A stretch of 64,000 nucleotides of DNA. Source: a bacterium. Lineage in GTDB: Bacteria > Patescibacteriota > Microgenomatia > Daviesbacterales > UBA10151. The stretch is from the NCBI GenBank assembly GCA_021786315.1, contig JAJYNN010000002.1, positions 204,402-268,401 of the forward strand, given 5' to 3'. Below, piece by piece: positions 36,823-46,204 of the stretch (position 1 is the first letter of the stretch; every line of letters begins with the position of its first letter). The notes below the pieces were generated by a model. It did no database searches, was not told the DNA's origin, and saw only the letters and a program-made list of their open reading frames with translations. A program made the position numbers and the translations under genes.

Positions 36823-39216
36823 TTACTGGGTTGTTTGGCTGGGGGAAAGGACTGAAAAGAGGTTAGCGGAAGTCATATTACTGGCCTCGACTCCGGTGGT
36901 GGGGCTGACTTTTTGGTAGCCGATGACTGTTTTGGATACCTGCCCGGCAATCCCTAAGTCCCTATTCCCGTCAACCGTGGTTTCAATAATCCCCTCAGGC
37001 TGTTTGAAAGCTATATCCGGTTTGCCCCGAAGTAAATTATCCATTAGATCCCGCCAAATGGGGGTGGCTCCGGTAATTCCGGAAGATAGAGTCGGATCCA
37101 TTGGGGAATAATCGTTATTTCCCACCCAGGCGCCAACGACATATTCCGGGGTATAGCCGAAAGCCCAGTTGTCCCGTTTATCATCTGAAGTTCCGGTCTT
37201 GACAGCGACGGTGTGATCGGGAATATAAAGCTGGGAATTGGCCCCAAAAGCCGGAGTCCGGGCCCGGTTGTCAGATAAGACATTATTTAAAAGGTAGGCC
37301 ACCTCTTCGGTTAAAACTCTTTGTCCGGGATCATTTCGGTGGTCCTCTAAAACATTGCCTGAAGAATCGGTAACTGTCAGAATTGCCTGAGGTGCAAAGT
37401 GGACGCCACCGGAAGCCAAAGTCCCGTACACTCCCATCATCTCGATCATCCGGACAGCTTCACCCCCTAAAGTCAGAGACAATCCATACTCGGAAGTCCG
37501 GTTAAAGGTTGTAATACCCATATCTTTGGCTGTCTGGACCATAGCCGGAATGCCTACAATTGCCAGGGTCCGGACGGCGGGGATATTGTAGGAAGATCCA
37601 AGGGAAGTTCTGATGGGAACTGCGCCGTGGTACCTGCCGTCGTAATTTACCGGGGAATATCCTTGTCCCCAAGGGTTGGTGTAGGTCACGGGGGCATCCA
37701 GGATTACATTTCCCGGGGTCATGCCCTGTTTAAAGGCGGTGGCGTAAGTTACAACTTTGATGGAAGAGCCGGGTTGGCGTAGGGCTAAGGCGACGTTGTA
37801 GTTTCCGCCGGAAGGATCAAAGTAGTTTTTGGAGCCTACCATGGCTAAAATCCTGCCGGTTCTGGCATCGGTGATCATTGCTGCCCCGTTTCCGACTTTT
37901 AAGTCTTTCAGTTTATCAACTTCGGTGGCGACAACATTTTCCGCCATTTCCTGTAAATCAAGATCCAGGGTGGTGACAACCTTCAACCCCCCCTGGGAAA
38001 CGACTTTTTCCCCGTATCTTTGGGCCAGAAGATCCCGGACATACATTACAAAATGGGGGGCTTTGATATTGGTGACCGGGGGCTGGAAGGCAAGCTGGTC
38101 AGAGGATGCCTTGTCTGCATCTTTTTGGGAAATATACCCATCCTCAACCATTCTTCTTAAAACTTCCTGCTGCCTTTCCCGGCCCTTTTCGGGGTGGGTT
38201 CCGTAAGGGGAGTATTCACTGGGGGCAGCGGGTAAACCTGCCAGGTAAGCGCTTTCGGCCAAGCTTAAGTCTTTGGCGTCTTTGCCAAAATACATCTTGG
38301 CGGCAGCCTGCACTCCCCAGGCTGGGCCGCCGTAAGGTGAACTGTTTAAGTACATTTCCAGGATCTGGTCCTTGGAGTAGATCCGTTCTGCCCAAAAAGC
38401 TAAAATGGCTTCCTTAATCTTGCGGGCAAAAGTTTTATCGGGGGTTAAAAGGGAATTTTTAGCCAGTTGCTGGGTTAAGGTCGATCCCCCCTGTAAAGGA
38501 TCAGCTTGATCGGAAACCAATACGCCTTGGGAAGATAAATTATGTTGGAGGGCCCGGGCGACTCCGGCGGGATCAATCCCGGGGTGGGTATAAAAATGCT
38601 TGTCCTCGATGGCAATTGTGGCTTGGATTAAATAAGGGGGAAGGTCGGAAAGTTTTACCGGCTGGCGGTTTCGGCCTTCATAAAGTTGGTACAAGACCCG
38701 GCCCTTGCGGTCTAAAATTGTGGTGGTGGAAGCGGTATTGGCAGTGATTAAAGATTCCGGGGAGGGGAGCTGGCTGGCAATTTTGGCCACACAAACTGAG
38801 TAAAAAATCAGGAGGAGAAAAACGCTCAAAGCAGCAATTCTTAAGCGGGAACGTTTAGGGATAATTTTATCAAAATTTTTCCTGGCCTTTCGCAGATAAA
38901 ATTCCTTAAAAGGTGTGGTCCGGGGACGGCCTCTTCCTTTTTTAAAACCTATTTTTCTCAAGGGCACCCCGTGCCTTGCGACAAGAAGTGCCCTTGCAAG
39001 AGGTCCAACGATGCCTCTTAACAATTGAATTGTCTTGATAAAAAGGAGAAGAGCTAGTAATCCAATGACCTGAAAAGGGATAAGGGGGGAAAATTTGAGC
39101 CACAAGCCCCCTCTTGTCGGATTTCTTTTTCTTTTGCTGGTAGAAGGTTGTGTTTTGCTCATTAACACCAGCTGGAGGGCAGTCCAAGGGGATTTTCCCT
39201 GCTCTCCTAACCTCAT
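36823..39216 (-). CDS. Class A penicillin-binding protein (glycosyltransferase plus transpeptidase), copy 1. The N-terminus may be over-called: a palindromic element is encoded at its 5' end.
   Basis: GT51 motifs (EDKHFYTHPGID, GGSTLTQQL) and TP motifs (SSIK, KTGT). TM LRIAALSVFLLLIFYSVCVA. Confidence 0.8.
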   Translation of the reverse strand: MRLGEQGKSPWTALQLVLMSKTQPSTSKRKRNPTRGGLWLKFSPLIPFQVIGLLALLLFIKTIQLLRGIVGPLARALLVARHGVPLRKIGFKKGRGRPRTTPFKEFYLRKARKNFDKIIPKRSRLRIAALSVFLLLIFYSVCVAKIASQLPSPESLITANTASTTTILDRKGRVLYQLYEGRNRQPVKLSDLPPYLIQATIAIEDKHFYTHPGIDPAGVARALQHNLSSQGVLVSDQADPLQGGSTLTQQLAKNSLLTPDKTFARKIKEAILAFWAERIYSKDQILEMYLNSSPYGGPAWGVQAAAKMYFGKDAKDLSLAESAYLAGLPAAPSEYSPYGTHPEKGRERQQEVLRRMVEDGYISQKDADKASSDQLAFQPPVTNIKAPHFVMYVRDLLAQRYGEKVVSQGGLKVVTTLDLDLQEMAENVVATEVDKLKDLKVGNGAAMITDARTGRILAMVGSKNYFDPSGGNYNVALALRQPGSSIKVVTYATAFKQGMTPGNVILDAPVTYTNPWGQGYSPVNYDGRYHGAVPIRTSLGSSYNIPAVRTLAIVGIPAMVQTAKDMGITTFNRTSEYGLSLTLGGEAVRMIEMMGVYGTLASGGVHFAPQAILTVTDSSGNVLEDHRNDPGQRVLTEEVAYLLNNVLSDNRARTPAFGANSQLYIPDHTVAVKTGTSDDKRDNWAFGYTPEYVVGAWVGNNDYSPMDPTLSSGITGATPIWRDLMDNLLRGKPDIAFKQPEGIIETTVDGNRDLGIAGQVSKTVIGYQKVSPTTGVEASNMTSANLFSVLSPSQTTQ
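38957..38998. repeat. Variant palindromic element (caagggcaccccgtgccttg...gtgcccttg) at the 5' end of the PBP ORF (in frame or 5'-UTR).
   Basis: ctcaagggcaccccgtgccttgcgacaagaagtgcccttgcaag. Confidence 0.6.
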
Positions 39217-39330
39217 TGTAAGTGACTGAAATTAAAAAAGAAGGCTGATTAAAGATATCAAAAAGGGTCAAATAAACTCAAATTTTAAAATCCAAATTTT
39301 AAAATAATTTTAAAATTTAAAATTAAAAAT

Positions 39331-40353
39331 TTAGAATTGGGGCTTAAATAACCCCTTAGCATATTCCCAATATTCTGGATGGCCATGAAGTTTCATATAG
39401 TACCACCATTCAACACCCCAAAAGTATTGGTCCGAAAGCCTGGTCCATTTGGTAAAATCCACCACTTCTTTAAAGTTGTCTAAAGTGAAAAGCTTCATCT
39501 GTTCCGGAATAGGCATATCCAGAACTGATTTGCCGGGAGTCCAGGGTTCTGCTTGAAGCTCACTGACAAACACTCCCCGGGAAGATCCGGCAAAAATTAA
39601 TCTTGTCAGCTGGGCTTTTAAGTCGTAATACAGAGGCGGGAAGGGATAGCGGAAATAGCCAAAAAACGGGTTCCAAACAATACGGTATAAAGAGGTGCCC
39701 ATAATGTTCGAGTTCTGGAGAGCTGTAACCCAGGTTCCCAATTCTCCGGAATCAGTCAGGATAATTGGCCGGGAGTCGAGGGACCTTACTGATCCAACTT
39801 CTTCCTTTAAAAACGGTTCACCAAGCATCCGGCAGATCCCAAAATCCAAAAGCGGCTCGTTTTCTACCTGCCAGGCAACTATTTCCGGGTCATTTTTATA
39901 ATGGGTGACAGTTTCTTTGACCATCCTTAATACTTTTTGCTGCAAAAGGTTATTGTCCAGGCTATTGGCCCAAGGTGGGGTAGAACATTCAGGCCAGCGG
40001 GGAACTTTGTATCCGATTGCCAGAATTACTTGAGCTCCTCTTTCCTTAGACGTTTTTAACAGGTTGTCATATTCCGAAAAGTCAAACTTGCCGTCCTCCT
40101 TTTCAATAGTGTCCCAATAGACAGGCATTCGGACTTTTCTGGATCCTAGATCATCTAAGATTGCCTGGTATGTGGTTTGCAGGTCCAACCCTAAATACTT
40201 GGTATAGCTTACAGAAAAGGTGACCCCATAGGAGGGTTTAGGGGCGGGAATAAAGAGGCGGGTTAAAAAATCAGTGCCCCAAAAAAGGGCGAAAGCAATA
40301 AAGGTGATAAGCGCCAGAGCTATTAAATATTTTAAAACTTTATGCAGGCTCAT
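39331..40353 (-). CDS. Membrane-anchored glycoside hydrolase, GH5-like (cellulase/mannanase superfamily).
   Basis: WQVENEP (acid/base NEP motif); TIM-barrel-like length. Confidence 0.55.
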   Translation of the reverse strand: MSLHKVLKYLIALALITFIAFALFWGTDFLTRLFIPAPKPSYGVTFSVSYTKYLGLDLQTTYQAILDDLGSRKVRMPVYWDTIEKEDGKFDFSEYDNLLKTSKERGAQVILAIGYKVPRWPECSTPPWANSLDNNLLQQKVLRMVKETVTHYKNDPEIVAWQVENEPLLDFGICRMLGEPFLKEEVGSVRSLDSRPIILTDSGELGTWVTALQNSNIMGTSLYRIVWNPFFGYFRYPFPPLYYDLKAQLTRLIFAGSSRGVFVSELQAEPWTPGKSVLDMPIPEQMKLFTLDNFKEVVDFTKWTRLSDQYFWGVEWWYYMKLHGHPEYWEYAKGLFKPQF

Positions 40354-41255
40354 TTGGCAAGAAGATATAACCCAAAGCTAATTACTGCTGCGCCTGTTGC
40401 TTTGCGCGTAACTACTCCTTTAGAGAGGGGCTCGTCCAGTAACCTGGGATTCTTTTTAGCTAAAACTAAGGAAACAAGGAGAATAACTAAATATTGCACC
40501 CCAAATAAGGCATTAACCAGGGCGGGATTGGCCAGTGAAACCCCGAAAGTAATTAAAGTTACCGAAAGTGCCCCCATAATTTGTCCGGCACCCAAAAGGA
40601 TCAGGGTGCTTTTGGAGGTCACGCCCTGGCCGGAACGGTTGACTTTAAAAATTTCCTTTCTTGCCTCGGGCAACAGCAGGAAGAAGAGGGCAAACCCTCC
40701 GGAGGCAAGCCGGCTGATGATAAAACCATTAAGGAAGCTGGTGCCCAAGAATGCCTGGCGGAGAAGGACATAAGAGACGCCAAAAAAGAAGCCGCTGGCA
40801 ACCATCAGCAAAAAGGGACGGCTAAGTTTGACTCCTTTGTCCCAATAATTCCAGGTTAAAATTAAGGTTCCGAACATCAAAATAAAGAAGGCGGTACGCT
40901 GGTCATGGGAAAGGATCTGGTTGAGGAAAAGCCCCCCGACAATCAAAGAGGTGAGTGGATTAAAGGTTCCCACTACCGGCCCGACAATAGAGGCTTCGGC
41001 CTCCCTCAAGCTGGAAAAGTAAGTATAAAAAGCTAGGATCCCTACCAGACCGGAGGCGACGGCAAAATAGGTGGGGGTATCAAGAGTCGGTTTAAAGCCG
41101 AAAGGAATTAAGAAAATAACTAAAAGCTGCAGAAGGTTAACGTAAAAGGTATAAACAACGGGATTGGGCAGACTGGTGCGGAGTAAGATTTTGTCCACCA
41201 AAAGAGCTCCGGCATTAAAAGCGTAAGCTATGATTGAAATCGGCAAGAAGCTCAT
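40350..41255 (-). CDS. EamA/DMT-family transporter.
   Basis: 10-TM pattern with duplicated EamA halves. Confidence 0.55.
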   Translation of the reverse strand: MSFLPISIIAYAFNAGALLVDKILLRTSLPNPVVYTFYVNLLQLLVIFLIPFGFKPTLDTPTYFAVASGLVGILAFYTYFSSLREAEASIVGPVVGTFNPLTSLIVGGLFLNQILSHDQRTAFFILMFGTLILTWNYWDKGVKLSRPFLLMVASGFFFGVSYVLLRQAFLGTSFLNGFIISRLASGGFALFFLLLPEARKEIFKVNRSGQGVTSKSTLILLGAGQIMGALSVTLITFGVSLANPALVNALFGVQYLVILLVSLVLAKKNPRLLDEPLSKGVVTRKATGAAVISFGLYLLAK

Positions 41256-42559
41256 TTCACCACCCCTATTCCGGGTATATCAATCACATCAGTAACATGA
41301 ATCCGGTGACCCAAAAACTTCATTAGCTCATGACGGATGCCATTGTGTTCAATAATATCTTTATAAATATAAGCTGAAGGTCGGGGAGTCCGCTTTTGAG
41401 TTTTGTAATCAACTTCCACTAGGCCGAAACGGGGGCTAAAACCGTCCGCCCATTCGAAGTTGTCCAAAAATGACCAGTAGAAAAAGCCTTTGACCTTAAC
41501 TCCTGCCTGGATTGCCCGGTAAACTTCCTGTAAATATTGCATGACGAACCTGATTCTTCGGTCATCATTGGAAGTGGCTATACCGCATTCGGTAATGTAA
41601 ATCGGCAGGCCGTCTTTCAAATCCGTTAAGACATCAAACATCCCTTCCGGAAAGATCTCCCAGCCAAGGTCAGAAACCTCTTTATTAAAGCTGCTGACGC
41701 TGACCGTAGAAGGGAACAGCCCCTTGTCTACCTGTAACCGGTTGTGGAAGTAATAGTTGATACCCAAAAAGTCGTGATATCCCTTAGTAAAGAAATAAAA
41801 AAGATGGTTAGTGGTCAAATCACTGACGATCACACCCAATTGTTCCCTTAAGGAGTGTTTGTGGAAGGCAGTGAATGATTGGACATTTTGAGCGATGCCT
41901 ACCTTAGCATCGGGAATAATCTGGTGAATAATTTTATATGCTTTTTTGTGGGCTCTGATTAAATTTCGAGTTGTTTTTAAAACTGCCAAATTACTTTTCT
42001 TTTGCGGTGGCCACTTGGCTTCAATGTAACTGCAATAAACCAACACCCCCGGTTCGTTAATGGTAATCCACAGGTTTACCAAATCCTTAATTTCTGGGAC
42101 AACCTTTTTGACAAACCTTTCAAAATATTTTGGGGATTTAAAATTTTCCCAGCCGCCTTTTTTGGCGAGCCATAAAGGCATTGTGAAGTGGTTTAAAGTC
42201 AGCATGACTTTAATATCACGGTCTTTTAATGCCTGAAGAACCTTTTTGTAGTGTTCGATTTCAGTTTCATCAAAGACCCCTTCTTCCGGCTCAATCCTGG
42301 CCCATTCAATCCCTAAACGGTGGGCATTTTGACCCAAGTTTTTGAGTAAATCAAAATCTTCTCCAAAGCGGTTATATTGGTCACAAGCTTCACCTGATTG
42401 GAACTCTTTTGGCTTTTTTTGTTCCCATTCCCACCAGTCAGAATTTTGGTTGTTGCCTTCAACCTGGTGGCCGGAGGTGGCTGATCCCCAGAGGAAACCT
42501 TCCGGGAAGGTGAGGGTAGCGTGGTCGTGCTTGGGAGGTGCTAGAGGTTCATCAGCCAT
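41252..42559 (-). CDS. GH1 beta-glucosidase.
   Basis: LWITINEPGV (acid/base NEP) and YITECGIA (nucleophile I/TENG-like) motifs. Confidence 0.8.
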   Translation of the reverse strand: MADEPLAPPKHDHATLTFPEGFLWGSATSGHQVEGNNQNSDWWEWEQKKPKEFQSGEACDQYNRFGEDFDLLKNLGQNAHRLGIEWARIEPEEGVFDETEIEHYKKVLQALKDRDIKVMLTLNHFTMPLWLAKKGGWENFKSPKYFERFVKKVVPEIKDLVNLWITINEPGVLVYCSYIEAKWPPQKKSNLAVLKTTRNLIRAHKKAYKIIHQIIPDAKVGIAQNVQSFTAFHKHSLREQLGVIVSDLTTNHLFYFFTKGYHDFLGINYYFHNRLQVDKGLFPSTVSVSSFNKEVSDLGWEIFPEGMFDVLTDLKDGLPIYITECGIATSNDDRRIRFVMQYLQEVYRAIQAGVKVKGFFYWSFLDNFEWADGFSPRFGLVEVDYKTQKRTPRPSAYIYKDIIEHNGIRHELMKFLGHRIHVTDVIDIPGIGVVK

Positions 42560-42594
42560 CCTGCTTTTAGCATATCATAATATAAATATAAAAG

Positions 42595-43350
42595 TTGTAT
42601 GATAGAAGTATGGTTAAGCTCCTGCCCCTGGGGTTAGTTGTGGTACTGATGTTGGGTGTACTGGTGTACATCAGGTTTAACCGGCAAATGCCCGCAAGCG
42701 TCAAACAAGCGGTAAGTAACGCCACATCCACCTCAACCGGCACATCCTCGCTTCTTCCCAGCAATACTTCTACGGATGATACTTCCCGAAGGCTGCGGGA
42801 TTTGGAGGAAGCGGTGGCCTTGTTAACCAAAAAAGTGACCTCTATTACCCCGGCTCCCAGCAATAGCGGAGCCAACTATACTTCTTCGTACAGTGACACC
42901 CAGATTAAATCCCTGCAGGATACTGTTGTCAATCTTCAAAAGCAGATTGATGATCTAAAAAGTTCCTCAACTACTACCACTGGTTCCAAGGCTGATATTT
43001 ATATTCCCTTGGGGTCGGGTGGGTCTTCCACTGCTCAGGACTGGTCGACTTTGGAAGGGTACCAGGTTTCCTTGGACCCGGCGGATTATCCCGGGTATAA
43101 AAGCATGCAGCTGGAAGTCAACGCCAAGTTAGCCCAATCCACGGGAACCGGGTATGTGCGTTTATATAATGTAACTGGTGGGTCAGCTGTTTCCTCTTCC
43201 GACGCTTCCACCGGAGCTTCGACTTATACCCTGGCCACCTCCGGCGCCTTCACGCTTCCTGCAGGCAGTAAAACCTACCAGTTACAACTTAAAACCAGCC
43301 AGGGTTTTGAGCTTTATATCCAGTCAGCCCGGATTAAGGTTAACTTTTAG
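42595..43350 (+). CDS. Hypothetical membrane-anchored protein (TM, S/T-rich linker, coiled coil, C-terminal beta-rich domain).
   Basis: ORF only; no family recognised. Confidence 0.4.
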   Translation: MYDRSMVKLLPLGLVVVLMLGVLVYIRFNRQMPASVKQAVSNATSTSTGTSSLLPSNTSTDDTSRRLRDLEEAVALLTKKVTSITPAPSNSGANYTSSYSDTQIKSLQDTVVNLQKQIDDLKSSSTTTTGSKADIYIPLGSGGSSTAQDWSTLEGYQVSLDPADYPGYKSMQLEVNAKLAQSTGTGYVRLYNVTGGSAVSSSDASTGASTYTLATSGAFTLPAGSKTYQLQLKTSQGFELYIQSARIKVNF

Positions 43351-43365
43351 GCAGCAAAAAGCCCC

Positions 43366-43390
43366 TTCGGGTAGACCTCGGGGGCTTGTT
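43366..43390. terminator. Hairpin GCCCC-N15-GGGGC flanked by A and T tracts; candidate bidirectional terminator between convergent genes.
   Basis: aaaaagccccttcgggtagacctcgggggcttgttt. Confidence 0.45.
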
Positions 43391-43440
43391 TGCACTCCAT
43401 ATTCAGTTATTGCGGAAAGCTCTCTTTGGAAGACGGGAAA

Positions 43441-44040
43441 CTACTTGAAGCGGCGTCCTTCGGTCACCGCTTTGACCATGGTTTCGAGGATAACCCCCTC
43501 GTGTTTCACTGTAAGGTTATGCAACCTTTCCAGCTTTCGTCGATGTTTTGTACAGGCACCGATTTTAACCTGAACATAATCAGGTTCGTACTCGCGGTAG
43601 TCGAGGCGTGCTCCTTGGGGGAACATGGCTACGACTCGTTCTCCTGCTTCTTTACACTGAACATATGCGGCGATGTTTCTGTGTAGACCTGTTTCCCCGC
43701 CGCAAACAAAGCATCCGGGGGTATAATCCCAGCCGATGCCCCGGGAGCGGAAGAACTCTCCTCCTAATTCGGGTCTTTTGTCAGGGGTCCCATGTTTGGG
43801 AATGCCCCATCGTGGGTGGTCAGTAAGCTTAGGATAGTAACTCCCAATACCGATGGTGGAACGTTTCACACCCTTGGCGAGTACAGCGTAAGTTTGGTGA
43901 CATTCGCCACAGGTAACAATAGACGTTCCTCCTCCGGAGATGGAAGAACTTCCTGAACGGTAGCCGCAGTAAGGGCAACCAAATTTTTCAACCTCTTCTC
44001 CTGCGACCGCAATGGGCTTGGTTTTTTCCTGTGTCATCAC
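43441..44040 (-). CDS. Island ORF P1: hypothetical 199-aa protein with two zinc-ribbon-like Cys clusters.
   Basis: CPYCGY...CGEC and CFVCGG...C; its N-terminal Zn ribbon resembles P4. Confidence 0.45.
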   Translation of the reverse strand: MMTQEKTKPIAVAGEEVEKFGCPYCGYRSGSSSISGGGTSIVTCGECHQTYAVLAKGVKRSTIGIGSYYPKLTDHPRWGIPKHGTPDKRPELGGEFFRSRGIGWDYTPGCFVCGGETGLHRNIAAYVQCKEAGERVVAMFPQGARLDYREYEPDYVQVKIGACTKHRRKLERLHNLTVKHEGVILETMVKAVTEGRRFK

Positions 44041-44055
44041 TGCTCCTTCTCCTTC

Positions 44056-44301
44056 CTAAACCTTCAGTTGGATAACCTGTTTCAAGGTCTCGAAGTGGTT
44101 GGTACACAACTGGCCAACTGCAGCCATCTCGCTTTCGGCATAGTCGGCCGCGTCCGTGTCCACAAAATGGGCCTGATACCATTCTTCGTCAATCCGGTCA
44201 ACCATGATCAACCCATCCATGTGCAGTCTCGCCTGGTTGATCTGTAATGGGGTAGGGTAAGGTGCATCCGTGAGCTTTACTTGGACTATTAGCTGTGCCA
44301 T
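44056..44301 (-). CDS. Island ORF P2: hypothetical 81-aa protein, paralog of P5.
   Basis: ...HFVDTDAADYAESEMAAVGQLCTNHFETL versus P5 ...SFTGTDCGDYGDTAPEAVRALCENHTSTL, about 39% identity over 36 aa by hand alignment. Confidence 0.4.
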   Translation of the reverse strand: MAQLIVQVKLTDAPYPTPLQINQARLHMDGLIMVDRIDEEWYQAHFVDTDAADYAESEMAAVGQLCTNHFETLKQVIQLKV

Positions 44302-44349
44302 GAGTTTCTCTCCTTTTTCGCTATACAGGATTTGGATGTGCCTATTGGG

Positions 44350-44730
44350 CTAACCCGGTGATTTCTTGTTCATCCAGGGAAGACCGGGCAGAATAGCAGA
44401 ACAACGGACGATGACACTATTGTGAATTCGACTACCGGGGGGATTTGGTTGATAGGGTATCATTGCCCGATTCAGAGCATCCTCAATTGCGTGGGGAAGC
44501 TCTATCCCTAACGGATCCATCCTGAGGTCTAGTTCCGGAACATCGGCAATTACTCGTAATGCGCGGCTTTTAGGATATTGATAATCAGTGGGCACCCACT
44601 GGATTTCAACATCGAAGCCGTGTTCGAACTTGCCTCTCTCCAGAGCACGCCTAAGCGTTTTGGAGATTTCTTCTTTCTTAACATCATCGATGAGTGTACC
44701 TTGGTCTCGGAAAATGGTGATAGTGATCAA
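44350..44730 (-). CDS. Island ORF P3: hypothetical 126-aa protein.
   Basis: Its N-terminus MITITIFRDQG resembles P5 GIITITREEP. Confidence 0.4.
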   Translation of the reverse strand: MITITIFRDQGTLIDDVKKEEISKTLRRALERGKFEHGFDVEIQWVPTDYQYPKSRALRVIADVPELDLRMDPLGIELPHAIEDALNRAMIPYQPNPPGSRIHNSVIVRCSAILPGLPWMNKKSPG

Positions 44731-44748
44731 ATTGACCCTCCTTTTAGG

Positions 44749-44982
44749 TTATTTCTGAGTTACCCGGCCGTTGTAGCGACACCCGCAATATATACCACGA
44801 GTTTCACCAGTACCGTGACAAACCGGACAATTAGGATCTGTCCGGAATGTGGGCATGCCCCTGCCTGCTCGCAGGTGCAACTCCTCTTGTCGGATAACTT
44901 CTGCTCCTTTGCCCCAATCTTTTGGTGGCTGTTCTGGTCCTGGCACCTTTTTCACCTCATACGTAATTTTGGTTTCCTTCAA
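44749..44982 (-). CDS. Island ORF P4: 77-aa zinc-ribbon protein.
   Basis: CPVCHGTGETRGIYCGCRYNG. Confidence 0.4.
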   Translation of the reverse strand: MKETKITYEVKKVPGPEQPPKDWGKGAEVIRQEELHLRAGRGMPTFRTDPNCPVCHGTGETRGIYCGCRYNGRVTQK

Positions 44983-45091
44983 GCATGGCTAGAGAAGTGA
45001 GTTGGTAATTTCCTCCATCTTAGCCTCTAGTATTGGCTCCGAGTGGAATTGGTTGGGTTTGGTACAAGGATTGTAACAATGAGCACTTCAA

Positions 45092-45295
45092 CTACTCCCT
45101 TCGGGCTTCTCGCACCATGATTTCGATTAGCGTGCTGGTGTGATTTTCACACAACGCGCGGACTGCTTCTGGAGCAGTATCTCCGTAATCTCCGCAGTCA
45201 GTTCCGGTAAATGATGCTTCAAAGCAAGGCTCTTCCCGGGTAATCGTGATGATTCCTGAGACGAACAATCTCGTCTCTCCGACCGGCCATTCCAT
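45092..45295 (-). CDS. Island ORF P5: hypothetical 67-aa protein, paralog of P2.
   Basis: See P2. Confidence 0.4.
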   Translation of the reverse strand: MEWPVGETRLFVSGIITITREEPCFEASFTGTDCGDYGDTAPEAVRALCENHTSTLIEIMVREARRE

Positions 45296-45375
45296 AGTAT
45301 CCTCCTCGAATCTTTGTAGCCTTGGTTTTACTTGATATCCTTGCTAAATAGAAGATCTGTAGAGTCCAGCAATGG

Positions 45376-45651
45376 TTAAGATAATAACCGAACCCAGCCG
45401 ATGATTTGGACACTGGAGCCCACAAGTACAGCGGTTGGGGGATACCAACCAGGGGCTCTTCCTTCTCGAGTTGCCCACATCCAGCGGTCGATCCCCGCAA
45501 GGAATACAGCAGTTCCTGCAATGATGGTGAGTACGTAGACTAGCCAGAGCATGTTTTTCTCCTTCCTATTGAAATAACTTTCCGCAAAACTGTTAAAGTG
45601 CCTACCAATTAAGAAATAAGAAGATTCAAAGCCCAAGGGAATAAGCGTCAA
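45376..45651 (-). CDS. Island ORF P6: small membrane protein (91 aa).
   Basis: Hydrophobic segment LWLVYVLTIIAGTAVFLAGI. Confidence 0.35.
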   Translation of the reverse strand: MTLIPLGFESSYFLIGRHFNSFAESYFNRKEKNMLWLVYVLTIIAGTAVFLAGIDRWMWATREGRAPGWYPPTAVLVGSSVQIIGWVRLLS

Positions 45652-45732
45652 ACACCCATATCTTGAACCTTACCTCTCCCGATTCAAATTGATGGGTGTA
45701 TTTTAAAGGAAACGGGGAAGAAAATCAAAAAA

Positions 45733-45990
45733 CTATGAGCCTTGTTTTTTCTTTTCCCCTTCCAGGGTTCTGGTTCCGGGAGGTTCCTTTTGGCCAATGG
45801 TGGTTCGGGGGCCGCTGTGTTTTACCCTGCCTTTTTCATCAATGTAAGTTGGAAATGCTGTGGTCTCGGCTCCGCTGATCGCTTCATCTCCGGCGTTATA
45901 GTCTTGCGGTGGGGTCCCCACCTGATGGGTCCGGGCGGCGCTGTATTGTTTTAGATTCTCCTCCGGCCTTTTCTTTTTGTTTTTCATCAA
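45733..45990 (-). CDS. Island ORF P7: small basic/charged hypothetical protein.
   Basis: ORF only. Confidence 0.3.
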   Translation of the reverse strand: MMKNKKKRPEENLKQYSAARTHQVGTPPQDYNAGDEAISGAETTAFPTYIDEKGRVKHSGPRTTIGQKEPPGTRTLEGEKKKQGS

Positions 45991-46082
45991 GTTAACCTTA
46001 AGGGTTTTAGTTAAGAGGAAGATAAGGTGCGGGTAATAACTTGGTATAACTTGGGAATTGTAGGACTGAACCTGGGAAAATG

Positions 46083-46153
46083 CAGGGGTACTAGGACTCG
46101 AACCTAGAAAAGCAGTTTTGGAGACTGCTGTGATACCATTTCACCATACCCCT
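46083..46153 (-). tRNA. tRNA-Trp (anticodon CCA).
   Basis: AGGGGTA-TG-GTGA-AATGGTA-TCAC-A-GCAGT-CTCCAAA-ACTGC-...-CTAGG-TTCGAGT-CCTAG-TACCCCT-G; synteny with rpmG. Confidence 0.75.
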
Positions 46154-46204
46154 AAACATGCTAAGTATACCAAGTGGGGGTAGGGTTTTCCAGGTGAAGT
46201 AGTG

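Noticed and set aside
43350-46083. Calling the small-ORF island a prophage.
   Set aside because: No integrase, capsid, terminase or other recognisable phage gene. Only the integration-site context and duplicated small ORFs are present, so it is reported as an island of unknown function instead.
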